Shown here: positions 1 to 31,994 of the stretch, piece after piece
Numbering within the stretch: position 1 is the stretch's first letter
How the letters are laid out: the number at the start of each line of letters is the position of its first letter
Assembly: GCA_012295275.1 (NCBI GenBank)
Contig: CM022667.1
Coordinates: forward strand, 930,001-994,000
Source of the DNA: Chrysomallon squamiferum
Lineage: Eukaryota; Animalia; Mollusca
Length of the DNA: 64,000 nucleotides
Reading direction: 5' to 3'
Translations under genes and position numbers: made by a program
The notes under the pieces: model-generated
What the model saw: the letters and a program-made list of their open reading frames with translations, nothing else
What the model was told of the DNA's origin: nothing
Database searches by the model: none

Positions 1-2049
1 TGCTTAATTCTCTTTCCAGGATCATGTTTTTATTGATTTATTTATTTATTTATTTATTTATTTATTTTAAAACAAAATCTGTGGTACATTTCAATCTGTT
101 TATGAGAAGGCAGATAAAATGTTCCTTTTTTAATAATAAGAGTAACCCAGAGAATGCCTGCATTAAATTTCATTTCACATATCATAATTATAGAAATTAC
201 GCTTTGCCCTTGATAAAATGGATTTTAAATCCATAAAATTAAATTGTTTTTGATTTAATAATAAAATTAAAATCTTTAAAAATTAACTTATAAAAGACAG
301 AATTGTAAACCAGATATAAATAATTTTAAAAATTTATTATAATTATGATATATTAAAACAGACATGTCAAATTACAAATTAATTTTTTTTTTTTAGTTTA
401 TAATAAGAATGACATTTCAGTTAATATAAAACAAAACACCTTTATTTTTTTTAATCTTCATTTATTATAAGTTACAATGTCTCAATCAGAAATATACAAA
501 ACATATGGTATACAACACAGAAGCATATTTATACATATTATATACATCGTGTATCTAACAGTAAATAATTGAGAAAACTAGATATCCATCACAAACCAGT
601 TCACTAAATAGTTTGTACATACAACCCCAGAATGCTTCTACAATATTATGATGTGATTTCAGTTTGGACTGGGAAAATTGGGATACCCCAAAATGTTATG
701 AAGCATATAGTTATATTACAGGCATTATGTTTATGGTGTGTGGCTCCTTGCAAAACCAAGCAATCGTTTGAAATGTATGTCTTGAAGGACTAAAGCACGC
801 CTATTATGGGCAGCAAACTTTGAGCCAGAGTAGCAATATGTTAGTGTGTTATCAGTAGTCAGAGAAATGAAAATGTCTTATAGAATTATATTTTTAAAAA
901 TATAAAGGATTTTATTAGGCTGTTTGTTTGTTAACTGCCATAGTTAAAATTAAAGATAGACTCTGATAAATACTGTTCTGAGTAATGAATTTTAAAATTA
1001 ACAGGTTTGGTATATTGGTCTTATACATTAAATAATCAATAGGTATTGTTGTATACAATGAATACATGCACCTACAAGGATTTGAACTGCTATTCTTTTT
1101 CTGACATCTGGTGGCCAAAGTTTTTCAATGCTAGAATGACTTTTAAATATTCATTATTCATTTCCTGAATCCAAAGGACTTTAATCAGTGAAGCTAGTTC
1201 ATAATGATATTTAACTAAATTTTTTACATAAACTGAAATTAGTTACAATTTAATTATAAGGGCTTATTTTATAATACAAATGATGTACGAGTTTAAAAGA
1301 TGGATAAAATTGTTAGTTTAAAAATAACTTTTTAAAATAAATAATAAAGAGTTTCTTTTGTATTAACAATTTGAATAAGACTTAAATTGTAAGTTTGGAA
1401 AAAAAGAAAAAAGAGAAAAAAGAATTTTTATAATTTGAACATTATTAATGTTGTAACGATTTCAAAAAAAATGAAATTTTTATGATTTAAAAATTACTTT
1501 TATTAAAAATATTAATAATAATAATATAGAGTTTATAAGCTGAAGATGAATAAACTACTCATGGTTTAAAGATTATTACCTTTTTTAAATGAACACTACT
1601 AACCAGTACAAATTTTAAGATAACTTTCATTCTACAGTTCTGACGTTTTCACATATATATATGTTATATTAGCAGTCGGTACAATTTTTCACACAGTGTG
1701 AATGCGCATTTAGGTAAGTGGACAGTGGAACTGATCTGTTGTGACTGATGACTAGCTGTTTGTGCGATTTCTCTCAGAACGTGTGTCCATGGTGATGAAT
1801 GGACGGAACTGCGACTATGTGAACACAATCAACAGAACTTGACAAAACATTTAAGGAAAGAACATTGAGATTAAATAAATTATAAAAATGGCTGGGTTTA
1901 AAAGATAAATGATTATAAATGAATTTTCTCTGTGAGTTCAGTAATTTAAAAAAAAAATTATAATTAAAAATGTTTTTGAAAATGTTTGTAATAATGAGTT
2001 ATGAAAAATACCAGATGGTTTATATATGTCTTATTATGTGTATAGATGT

Positions 2050-2109
<60 letters not shown>

Positions 2110-3044
2110 TAAAGTAATACTAATAGTAATAAAAGTAGTAATTTTAATTATTGTAATAATAGTAATAAGATAATAATAATAGTAATAGTAGCAATACTAG
2201 TGGTAATAGTAGTAGCAGTAGTAGTAGTAGTCATAATAATAATAATAAAAACTATTAATAAGCCTAGCAATAAAATGTCTGACAAAGAGATTTATTTAAT
2301 AAAGTTTTTCAATAATAATATTTTAATGGTTATTTTCATAATAAAATCTAACATATTATTCCAATATCATTATTGTGAAACTAATTTACATTTGATTTGA
2401 TTTACTTAATATTTATTTAAACTTTTGGATTAACTATGTGATAATGCCTGTATAAATTACATAAAATAAATATTTGAAATTTTTATAATGTAGACTAGCA
2501 ATAAAATAATATACTGAACAACAAAAGAAATGCAAACAATATTAATAAATAATGCACACATCATTTGGAGAAACTTTCATATTAAATTAGAGACTAAAAC
2601 AATTTCATTATTATTATATAATTGTTAATTAAAATGAGAAAAAAACAAATTAATATAATTAAAAAATTTAAAATAATAAAAGTAAAATTGCTAAAATGTA
2701 AAATATAAATTCAGTTCATTCATATACATGTATATTAAATTAAAATTGGTCATAAATAGTATCATTATTCTAGTGTATGTACACACCTGACAAAATATAA
2801 ATATTTTTAAAAAAAATCATAACTCCATTATTGTATATTTTTCACCTTTCCTATTTCTACATAAACAAGCTATATACACCTCTGTTTGACAAAAAATGTA
2901 ATTCACAAATAAATATTTTAAATAAAATTTTAAATCTTTCATCTATATTCATCTTCATTATTTACTGATATTTCAAAATCTCCATCAATTTAAAAAAAAT
3001 TGTAAATCATAGATTGTAATATATTTTTCATCCATGTTTTATCT

Positions 3045-3084
<40 letters not shown>

Positions 3085-3654
3085 TATTATTTATTTTTCA
3101 ACTGTTGTACCATCCTGAAATGTACTCCATTTAAAAATTCAAATGAAATTGAAAATTTTGGATTTCTACTAATTAAAAATCTCCAGAAATTATTAGAAAT
3201 TATATTCAATAAATTAACATGCACATGCATACACAGACAAACACACACCAAGAAATTTTACATTTCTATCTTAATAACAGCCTTCTGTATCCATTATTTT
3301 CCTTTCAACTTCCTAGAGTTATTCCCCTTATATTGAAATCTTCATTAAAAATGAGTAAATTAGCTGTTGTTTCTGTATAAATACCTCAAGTATACATGTT
3401 TTAATTTTAAAACAATTAATAATAAAGCTGAAGTCTCCAATTTAACTGTCAAAAAAAAAAAAAATAAAAATAAATAAACAAAATGCAGCTGATATATACA
3501 AAACACAGATTTATATGATAGCCTGAATAGAGGAAGGGTACATTGGATCTGTATGCATCTGTCATGATTTAAAATAAACCACACATTGATAGATCTGAAT
3601 GTTTTCAAAATGATAGATCTACAAGATCCATTTAAAAAAAAAAAAAAAAAAAAA

Positions 3655-3724
<70 letters not shown>

Positions 3725-3996
3725 TAAATAAAAAAAATAGTGAATAAATAAACAAACAAACAAACAAATAAATAAATAAATAAATAAATAAATAAATGAA
3801 ATCCTAAACACAACAGTTTATGCTAAATAACTAGTTCCACCAATAATTGCGTCGACTAATAACAATTTATTCATTTTGTTCGGGGGTAGATGTAGTTTTT
3901 CACAGTGATGTGTTAGACAGAAGTAAACTCTGCAGACTGACCAGTATTGAAAAAACATTAATACAACACCCTGGGGAAATAAAGACTCACCCCCTC

Positions 3997-4044
<48 letters not shown>

Positions 4045-5074
4045 AATGAAATACCCAGACACTACTAATTAGATTGAATGAATAAATCTAAGACAAACTG
4101 AAGAATGTTTTTCTTTGTTAGGCTTCTTAAAATGAATGAAAAAAAAAAGGTGTGATTTTTGAAACATGGAGATCAGACCCACCAGTGTCAAACATCCCCC
4201 CCTAGATCTGTCCCTGTTTTCCTTCAGCATGAGTCCTTTACTATCTGGGTGCTGCCTACAGTAAACTGACAAACAGAATGAAACTGAGTTAAAAACTAAT
4301 AACTATCTGAGGTAGTTAGATTATGTGTTGTGATGATGTTTCTAAAACTGCATAAAATTTTCATTTTTAAAATTTTGTTTTTAAAATTTGTTTATATCAT
4401 AAATATTATATTTAATAATGATATTTCGATTCTTAAAAGTTATTTTTGAAAAAAAAAAAAAAAAATGACAGACATTCTATATCACTTTAAAAAAAAAAAA
4501 AATTAAATTATTTTTCAAAATTTAAAAAAAAAAATTTGAATAATAATGGTAAAAGACAAAAACAAAAGACATTTGTTTTTCATTTTATTTTTTTTTTTAA
4601 ATTTTATTTTGTACCAGTTAGCTTTTCAAAGTAATTATGAATTCATTTTTCGTGGTTTCATAATATGATGTTATTTGAGTATAGTGCAAAATGATTAAAT
4701 GTCAATGTATTATACATGATCAGTATGCTAGTGTGACTGTCAGTATCACACACATTTGTAACAACTTCTAAACAATTGTGACTAGAAATTATTTCTAAAT
4801 GGCATATTAACCATTTTAATTACCGTATTCTATCTACAATATATTGAATTTAAAGTGGATGATTTCTATATAAGGCTAATATTGTTATTTTTGTAAAACT
4901 TAAATTTCTTTCTTTCTTTCTTATTATTTGATTGAATGTATCTCTTAAATTCTACCGTTTAATAAATAAATAAATAAATAAATAATCATGATGATAATAA
5001 TAATAATAATAAAAATAATAATAATTACAATAATATAATAGCAATACAACTAATGTTAAAAATAATTCTAGTTT

Positions 5075-5122
<48 letters not shown>

Positions 5123-6180
5123 AATAAATAATAACAATAACAATGATAATGATAGTTTAAATTAAAAAATTAAAAAAAATAATAATAATAATAATAATAA
5201 GAAATTAATAAAAAATTAATTTAAAAATTAACAGTAACAACAGTAAAATTACAAACTCCAGCAAACTGCAGAAAAACACTCACAGAGAAAAGATGCCAGT
5301 CTACAAAACATCTGTCTCCTGTGTGTTAAAACACTGTTTTCCCATTCTACTTCAACTCAGTACAAAATGCACTTGAAATCTTCTACTGCTAATTGTTTTC
5401 CTCATGCAAAACAAAACCTAAGAAAACAAAAACATTTGCCGAGAGATTTCCCACTATTTACCTCTGTCAGGTACGAACATTCAGCTATCTCCAGGTGCGT
5501 TTCAGATTAGTTCAGTTGATAGTCCATTATCATCCACAAGTCATTCGTTTTGAGAATGTTTCAAATTAGTTTTTTTTTTTTTTTTGTTTTTGGAGTTTAT
5601 TTTCACATTCTCTTTCTCCTGTCATAAAATATAGGATATTTCTCAGTGAAATGAATATTCAGAATGAGAAGCCCAGTGAATCAGGGAAGAAACAAATAAC
5701 TTATGTCTTAGTCTATGACCATTTTTTTTTTTTCTTACATATGCAAATCCTCATAAGACTGAGTTCATTTTTTTTAGACCGTTTTTACATTATTAAACTA
5801 TATCATTCACTTGTACAGAATCCCCATCAGACTGAGTACATGCCGAATGCCTTTCTCACATTAGGCAATATCTTTCACATGTACTTTTCAGAATTAGTAT
5901 ATATTATTGCTTTCACCTTACCAGCCCATATCCAGTCTTATTAATTATTATTATTATTTTTATTTTTGTTTGAATGTTTGATAAAGGCACACATTTTTCA
6001 GTGGTTGCAAGGCACAGCTATTTTATAAAAGAAAAAACAGTTAGACTCAGTTTGTTGTGGACTTTTCAACTTCCTTGCTTGTCCAACAATGGTGACAATA
6101 TTTCAAGGTGTGTTGCACGAAATATTTTGTGAAATATTGCACGATATATTGAACACTCATCATGTTTTAATGATGTCAGT

Positions 6181-24690
<18,510 letters not shown>

Positions 24691-25085
24691 CTGAAAACAC
24701 ATAATAATAACAATATTAATAGTAACAGTAGTAGTAGTAGTAGTAGTAGCAGCAGAAGTAGTAGTAGTAGTAGTACTAGTAGTAGTACTAATAACAATAA
24801 TAATAATAGTAATAATAACAACAATAGTAGCATTAGTAGTAACAATAATAATAATAGTAATAGTAGTAGTAGTAGTAGTAGTAGTACTAATAACAATAGT
24901 AGTAGTAGTAGTAATAACAACAATGGTAGTAGTAGTAGTAATAGGAATACTACTAATAATAAACACTGCCATAAATATAAGTAACAATGTTCTTCTTCTT
25001 TTAAATAAAAAGCATACAACATGAAATGGACTATTTATCACATTCAAAGAAAAAACAGAGATACAAAAGCTGAAGTATTTTTTCT

Positions 25086-25151
<66 letters not shown>

Positions 25152-25717
25152 AACAGATATATAAAGATTTAATTACATAGGCACATAACTTTTTACACTA
25201 ATTCACAAAGAAACAATATATGCCATGTTGTTGTTTTTTTTTCTCAATTCAGGGATAGGAAAAAAAAACAAGTTAAAGAAATGTTTTAATAACAATGAAC
25301 AGGCATGCCAGGGAAACAGATATTTCCAACTAATGAATGGAATTCTTTACTGGATTTATCCTCGTGTCAGTTTTTTATTTAGCTTAATCATCATCAGTTA
25401 CAGAATCTGTTTGATTCCAACAACAGAATCAAGCAAGCGTGATGATGCATTAGTTTTGTGCGAGATTAAATTCAGTATCAGTAAAAATCTGTTTTAAATC
25501 ACAGTTACACACATGTTCTACATACTTTAACAAAGTAACACACGTTGCACTGTGTATTACTTTGTTTCAGTGTATAATCTCTGTGTGTAAGGTAGATAAA
25601 TGATTCAAAAACAGGTTCTTTAATAATGTGGGAATTTAACACACAGACATGCACACACACACACACGCGCACATACTTCATGATCTTAATACATACACAC
25701 ACATACACTAACACAGA

Positions 25718-25759
<42 letters not shown>

Positions 25760-25983
25760 ATTTAATAGTACCAGCAAATATCTGTCACTTTATGACTTAA
25801 AATGATATGCAAATAATCCATCTAATCTTATTTTATAAAACAGGATTATAATAGGATTGTGTTGGAAATAAAAATTAAAGTAAAATAATTAAGTTTATGA
25901 ATTAAACTTTATGTTCAGTATATTAGAAAAATGACTTCTGATACAGGACAGTTTATATTTACCTTTTACAAAAGGTTAATCAA

Positions 25984-26023
<40 letters not shown>

Positions 26024-26956
26024 AAAATACATTTTAGAAGTGTCCTGTTTTATTTCACTATTTCACATTTTAGCAGAAAACCCAGTTTTGTTTCACTACA
26101 TAATGATAACAATATCCATTTAACTAAACATAAAAGACTCTAAAAATATATAATTTAACATTTTGTCATTTTCAGACTGAATATATTTGTCGAAGACTTA
26201 ACGTAAGTCTAAAGCCAATTTTTGTCTTTAAAAACTGTAAACGTTTTGGATATAGATTACTTAATGGAAGACTGTTTAAAAAAAACAACAATATTCCCTG
26301 ATATGTTTATAATAAGAAACCAATGAGAAGAAATAACATACAGAGATATGTTTACAGTGCAATTCATTGTCTGTTTAGTTACATTACACCGGTCTATTAA
26401 CACTACAATGGTATTGTCACTGCAGAATAATGGTGTTTACCTTTTTGTACAGACGTAAAGAATTGCCTCAGGAATATAAGCACAATTTATTGCTCTTTCA
26501 GATATTTAACAATGTCAAAGTGGACAGAGAAGAGTAAAATTTGTGTTATAAAAAAATAGATAGAAGAGGAATCTGGTTATTTAAACCAACAGAGAATAAG
26601 GAGCATTTACGATGAATAAGTCGAAAATGTAAAGAGCAAAAAAAAAAAAAAAAAAAAAAGAAGGTTTTTGTACAAAATCAATTATTTAAAACATGAAAAC
26701 ATAATAATAAAGAGACTCATAATCCTTGTATTTTACTGACAACAGATTTCTTTTTTTTTTTTTTTACATATCTTTTAAAATATTTTATTCTTAGAAATAA
26801 AAATAAAATAGCTTGTTCTATTGAAGATTGTATCCTTTCTTTCTTTCTTTCTGTCTTTTTGCTTTCTCTCCTCTTCTTTCTATCTTTGTTTTAGTTTTTC
26901 TTTCTATCTGTCTCACTCAGACTGTCCCTTTTCACTCTCTGTCTTTATTCTAAAAT

Positions 26957-27047
<91 letters not shown>

Positions 27048-27148
27048 TCTCTCTTCTCAAACTCTTTTTTTTAACAACAGAAAATACTGGACTGAGAATT
27101 CTTTCTCCAAATCTTATTTTAATTAAAACATATAAACAACAACTATAA

Positions 27149-27195
<47 letters not shown>

Positions 27196-28722
27196 ATTAA
27201 TTAATTAAATTAAATTAATTAATTAAATTAAATTAAATTAAATTAAATTAAATTAAATAAACAAATAAAGAAACAAACAAACAAAATAAATAAATAAAAT
27301 AAAATAAAATAAAATAAAATAAAATAAAATAGAATAAAATAAAATAAATTAAAATAAAATAAATTAAAATAAACAGGATAAATATGGTAATAAAGATAAA
27401 ATTAATTTTATCATAACACTCTCAGCAAAAAACATAATAGTGGGAAATTCACTGTCGTGGGTGTGGTTCTGAATCAACAGACAAACAATATCATCAAACA
27501 TTACATCTTTCACAAATATTATTCAAAAAGAAATCACTACTGCACTAGGCTGTTTTGGTATTAAATTTCACTTAACTGCAAATGAATTTTAACTACAAAT
27601 TGATCTAATCTCCAATTCAAACCAGAAAATGGATGAGACTAAAGCCAGAAAAAACCCATAACCCCAATAATTTAGAAGATTAACCCTATTATTTATAATT
27701 AGGCTAATCTTTTCACTGATTAAAGACTGGTGTTCAAGTCAATGGCTATCTGTAATTACCAATAACATTGCCTGGTTTTGTCATCTGTAATCATCAGCAT
27801 AGGCTTGTATGGCAAAGGGTTAATTTCTTTTTTTTTTTTTTTTTTTTTTTTAAAAGCAGGGTGGTTATATAAAATTACTGGTATGCTAATCTGTATTGAC
27901 CTGATCAAAGAAAGAGTTAAAGGACCAATCAAAATAATAATAGTAATGATAATAATAATAAAAAATTAATACTAATAATAAAAAAAAATAATAATAAAAA
28001 AAATAATAATAATAATAGTAATAATAATAATAATAATAATAAAATAATAATAATAATATAATAATAATAAAATAAAAAAAAAAAAAAAAAAATAATAATA
28101 ATAATAATAATAAATGTAGAAGAAAAAAGCTTTAATAGTTGTATAAAATCACATGAATAAATTGCATTGCATTGATAACTGAAACAGCTAATGTACTATA
28201 ACACTTTAGTATTAATTAACCTTTTTAAAGCAGGTTTAGCTATATAAATATTGATGTGATAACTGGCCTAATTAGTTAAAAGGTTAATAAAATATAATTT
28301 TAATTTATTTATATATTTTGTAAGCAGCATAACGAGATTAAAAATTAACTTTATAATATCTGGCTTTATCATTAAAAGAGTTAAAATACTATGTTTCTGA
28401 AGTAGAAAATCTCTATAAAATTATAGTAGTTTTTTTTAAAAATAAATATTTATTATTATTATTTTTTTTTTTTAATATAGCAAAGTTAACTATTTAATAT
28501 TATTTATGTTATTATTTTTGTTTATTTATCATTTTTAAAATTTAGCAAAGTTTATATTAATATTATATATACCATTATTTCTATATAGGGATATATTTAA
28601 TTTTTAAATTCTTTGTAATTTCACTATTTTTAATTATATGGTGTGCGACATGTAAGGTTAAGGACAATTCATTACAATGATTATAAAACAGAATGCCTAG
28701 TTGATTTTATACATAAATTGTC

Positions 28723-28754
<32 letters not shown>

Positions 28755-29229
28755 TATTAATAATATATTTTTAATTTATTTTTTATAAGTGTATCATATT
28801 AATTTTATAACAGAACCATCTCTAGGGGATTGTCCCCTTAAAAGCTTATAATATTCCTCATAATGATTTAATTAGTTAATGCTATAAAGATATTCCCAAC
28901 CCAATCTGACAAGATTACCACTTTTCATTTCAATATCAGCAGAATAATAACACGGATATACACCTGGGGCAATACACCGTGTATTTCACAGACACAAATC
29001 AAATTTTGCAGAAATTGTCTATTTCATTGTCTATTGCACTGGTGGTGGTGTATTCCCTGCAGTGGCAGAGATCAAATTGTTTTTTTGTTTTTTTTTGTTT
29101 TTGTAAATCTGTGATGGTGTCGCTGACTGTTGCAATTTAGCAAATGTAAAATCTCAGCTTTGTATCATCCCTTTCAGAGAAAGGTTGAAATGTGATGACA
29201 CAAACACACTCAGGTGTACATACACATAT

Positions 29230-29275
<46 letters not shown>

Positions 29276-29647
29276 AGATACATACACATATATCTTTATA
29301 TTTATGTATGTATTGGTGTTTGTTTTTTATGTGTGTGTGTTTTTGTATGTGTGTGTTTGTGTGTGTGTGCCTGTATGTGTGTGTGTTTGTGGTTATGTAT
29401 TTATATGAGAGATGCTTTATGTATTTATGATTTGTGTTTCTGTTTGTATGTGTATGATATACAAGTCTTTGTATGTGTTTTTATATGTCTACATATTTGC
29501 ATATGTATGTATATTGTGTGTGTGTGTGTGCATCATGTATATATTTACAGATATATGTACAAACACACACACACACATCCACATACATATTCAAACAGAC
29601 ACACACTCAAACAGACATACACACACACACACTCACACACACACACA

Positions 29648-29685
<38 letters not shown>

Positions 29686-29689
29686 CACA

Positions 29690-29731
<42 letters not shown>

Positions 29732-30744
29732 ATACAGATTAGATTTTCTGTATTGATATCAGCTGGAATACAGAATCCAATAAATTTAATGAATAGTTCT
29801 TGTTTTTAATATATACTCATTCACTTTATGCCCAAACACACAGACACTGAGACATAACAAAACCATTTACTTATGATATATGCATTGAAGAATTCAATAA
29901 ACAACGATCCTTTATCCATTTAATAATGCAAATACTTAAAATCTATTAATATATCTCATTAGTTATGATATATGTCTTACATAATTCAATATTTCTAACT
30001 GGGTAATTTTGGAATAATGTATTTTTAATGCATCTGATATTAAACAACATAAAAATTAATGTGTTTTGCTACATAATGTCTGTTAAAATGAAATTAAAAC
30101 AGAAATAGAAACAAACACAAGAATATACAAATATATTAACATTTATGTTTTATATATATTTTTAATAAATACATCTTTTGCTACTTTTTAATGTGTTAAT
30201 GACACACTATAAATTTCATACATACATACATACATACATACATACATACATACATACATACATACATACACACATACATACACACATACATACCTACATA
30301 CACACACACACAGGTGAATGAGAGAGTAAATCTATAAACATAATATAAGGAATGATTGAGAGAAAAAGAGAGACAGAAAGAAAGGAAAAATGAAAACGAT
30401 AAAAGAAAGATAAAGAAATAAAAAATATAAAATAAAATAAAACAAATAATGGAAAACAAGAAATAACAAATATGACAGCAAAAAGAAAAAAAAAAGACAG
30501 AAAGAAATAAAATTAATAAAAGAAAATCATTGTGAGAGAGAGAGAGACAGAAAAGAACTCAAAGAGAAGAAAAGAGACATACTTATTTTTGAGCATGCAA
30601 ATAAACATACACTGCCATGTTATCATCAATGGTTCGGATATACACAACACAATGCAAATCATTTCTGTTGATATTAAAGCCATGGCCTAATCAATGGACC
30701 AGACATACACAAAATAATTGACCGAGTTATAACAAGTTTATGAA

Positions 30745-30945
30745 TTTGCTACATCAAAAACTTCTCAATTAACCATATCGGAAAATCATCTCCATTCAAA
30801 ATCATCGACTGAGTTTTAACGGTTTACGAACGTGGTGCATTAAAATTCTGAATGCAGTGGAAAATCATCTTCAATTCAAAATAATTGACAGTTTTAATTT
30901 GCTACATTAAAATTTCTGAATCGATGGGAAATCATTGCCATTCTT
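30745..30945. repeat. Diverged ~75-bp tandem repeat x ~2.5
   Basis: ggaaaatcatct..attcaaaat.at.gac..agttttaa ... cattaaaatt(t)ctgaat is repeated. Confidence 0.75.
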
Positions 30946-31244
30946 GTCCACAATGAAGTGAAATTAGACTTGATGAATGTTGTTATAGGTTTATAATCAA
31001 ATACATGCTAATGATTCATTTGCATAAAAGATACAGTTTTATGATGGATATTTTTATATCTTTCTTGGATCAATACTGTGGCAGATTCAGTCATTTTTTA
31101 TGGGGTGTTTAGATGTAACATTTCCAACTGCCAGTGAATATGATATATGTGTATGTATGTGTGTGTGTTTGTGTGAGTATGCATATATATGTGTGTGTGT
31201 GTGTGTGTGTATATATATGTACACATACAAACACATAAACACAG

Positions 31245-31292
<48 letters not shown>

Positions 31293-31994
31293 ATGTATGT
31301 ATGTATGTCTGTATTTATGTGTGAATGTATGATGTATGTGTATCCATGGATGTATATGAGTGTTAATATATGTGTATCCATGTATGTATATGAGTGTATA
31401 TATGTATGCATGTATAGTTAAGTATGTGCATGTATATGTATGTATATGTCTGCATGCATCTATGCATTTACTTTACAATACATAATATACAGACTATATT
31501 TGTTTGTATTAATGGGATCAGACACCCTTATCCCATGCAGATCCTTTCCTGCAATATATCAGCACTAGGAAGACACTGGTGAAAACATCAGTGCTGCTAA
31601 TTTGATTTTACATCTTTCATAAGTTGTAAATGATGAACAGAATATGTATGTGATCAATCAAATGCAGTTTGTCAGAAAGATTTAGGGGATAAAATTAAGT
31701 GGCTGTTAAAGGAAAAAAAAAAAAAAACTGAACAACTTTAAACAAAAAAAATTAAAAAAAAGAAGAAGAAGATAATGAGATAAATATGTTAATAAAATAA
31801 AATTTAAAGGAAGTGTGTCAATAAAAGTTTTGTTCATTATTATTTATTACTATTGCTGCTTGGTGTATTGTTATTATTATTTTTTCTTATGTTATTGTAA
31901 TTATTATTAGTGATGTTGTTGGTTTCTTGATGTTAATTTTGTGATAATTTTTAACATCTGTGGCAGTGGTTGTAAATGCACTGATCATGGTTAT

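Noticed and set aside
26194-26210. Small hairpin agactta-acg-taagtct
   Set aside because: A 7-bp stem is expected by chance in 64 kb of AT-rich DNA.
30609-30683. Minus-strand MALISTEMICIVLCISEPLMITWQ as signal-peptide exon
   Set aside because: The phase-1 donor (CAGT|gtatgt) is mediocre, the other donor is phase 2, and acidic residues interrupt the hydrophobic core; 52962 is the better candidate.
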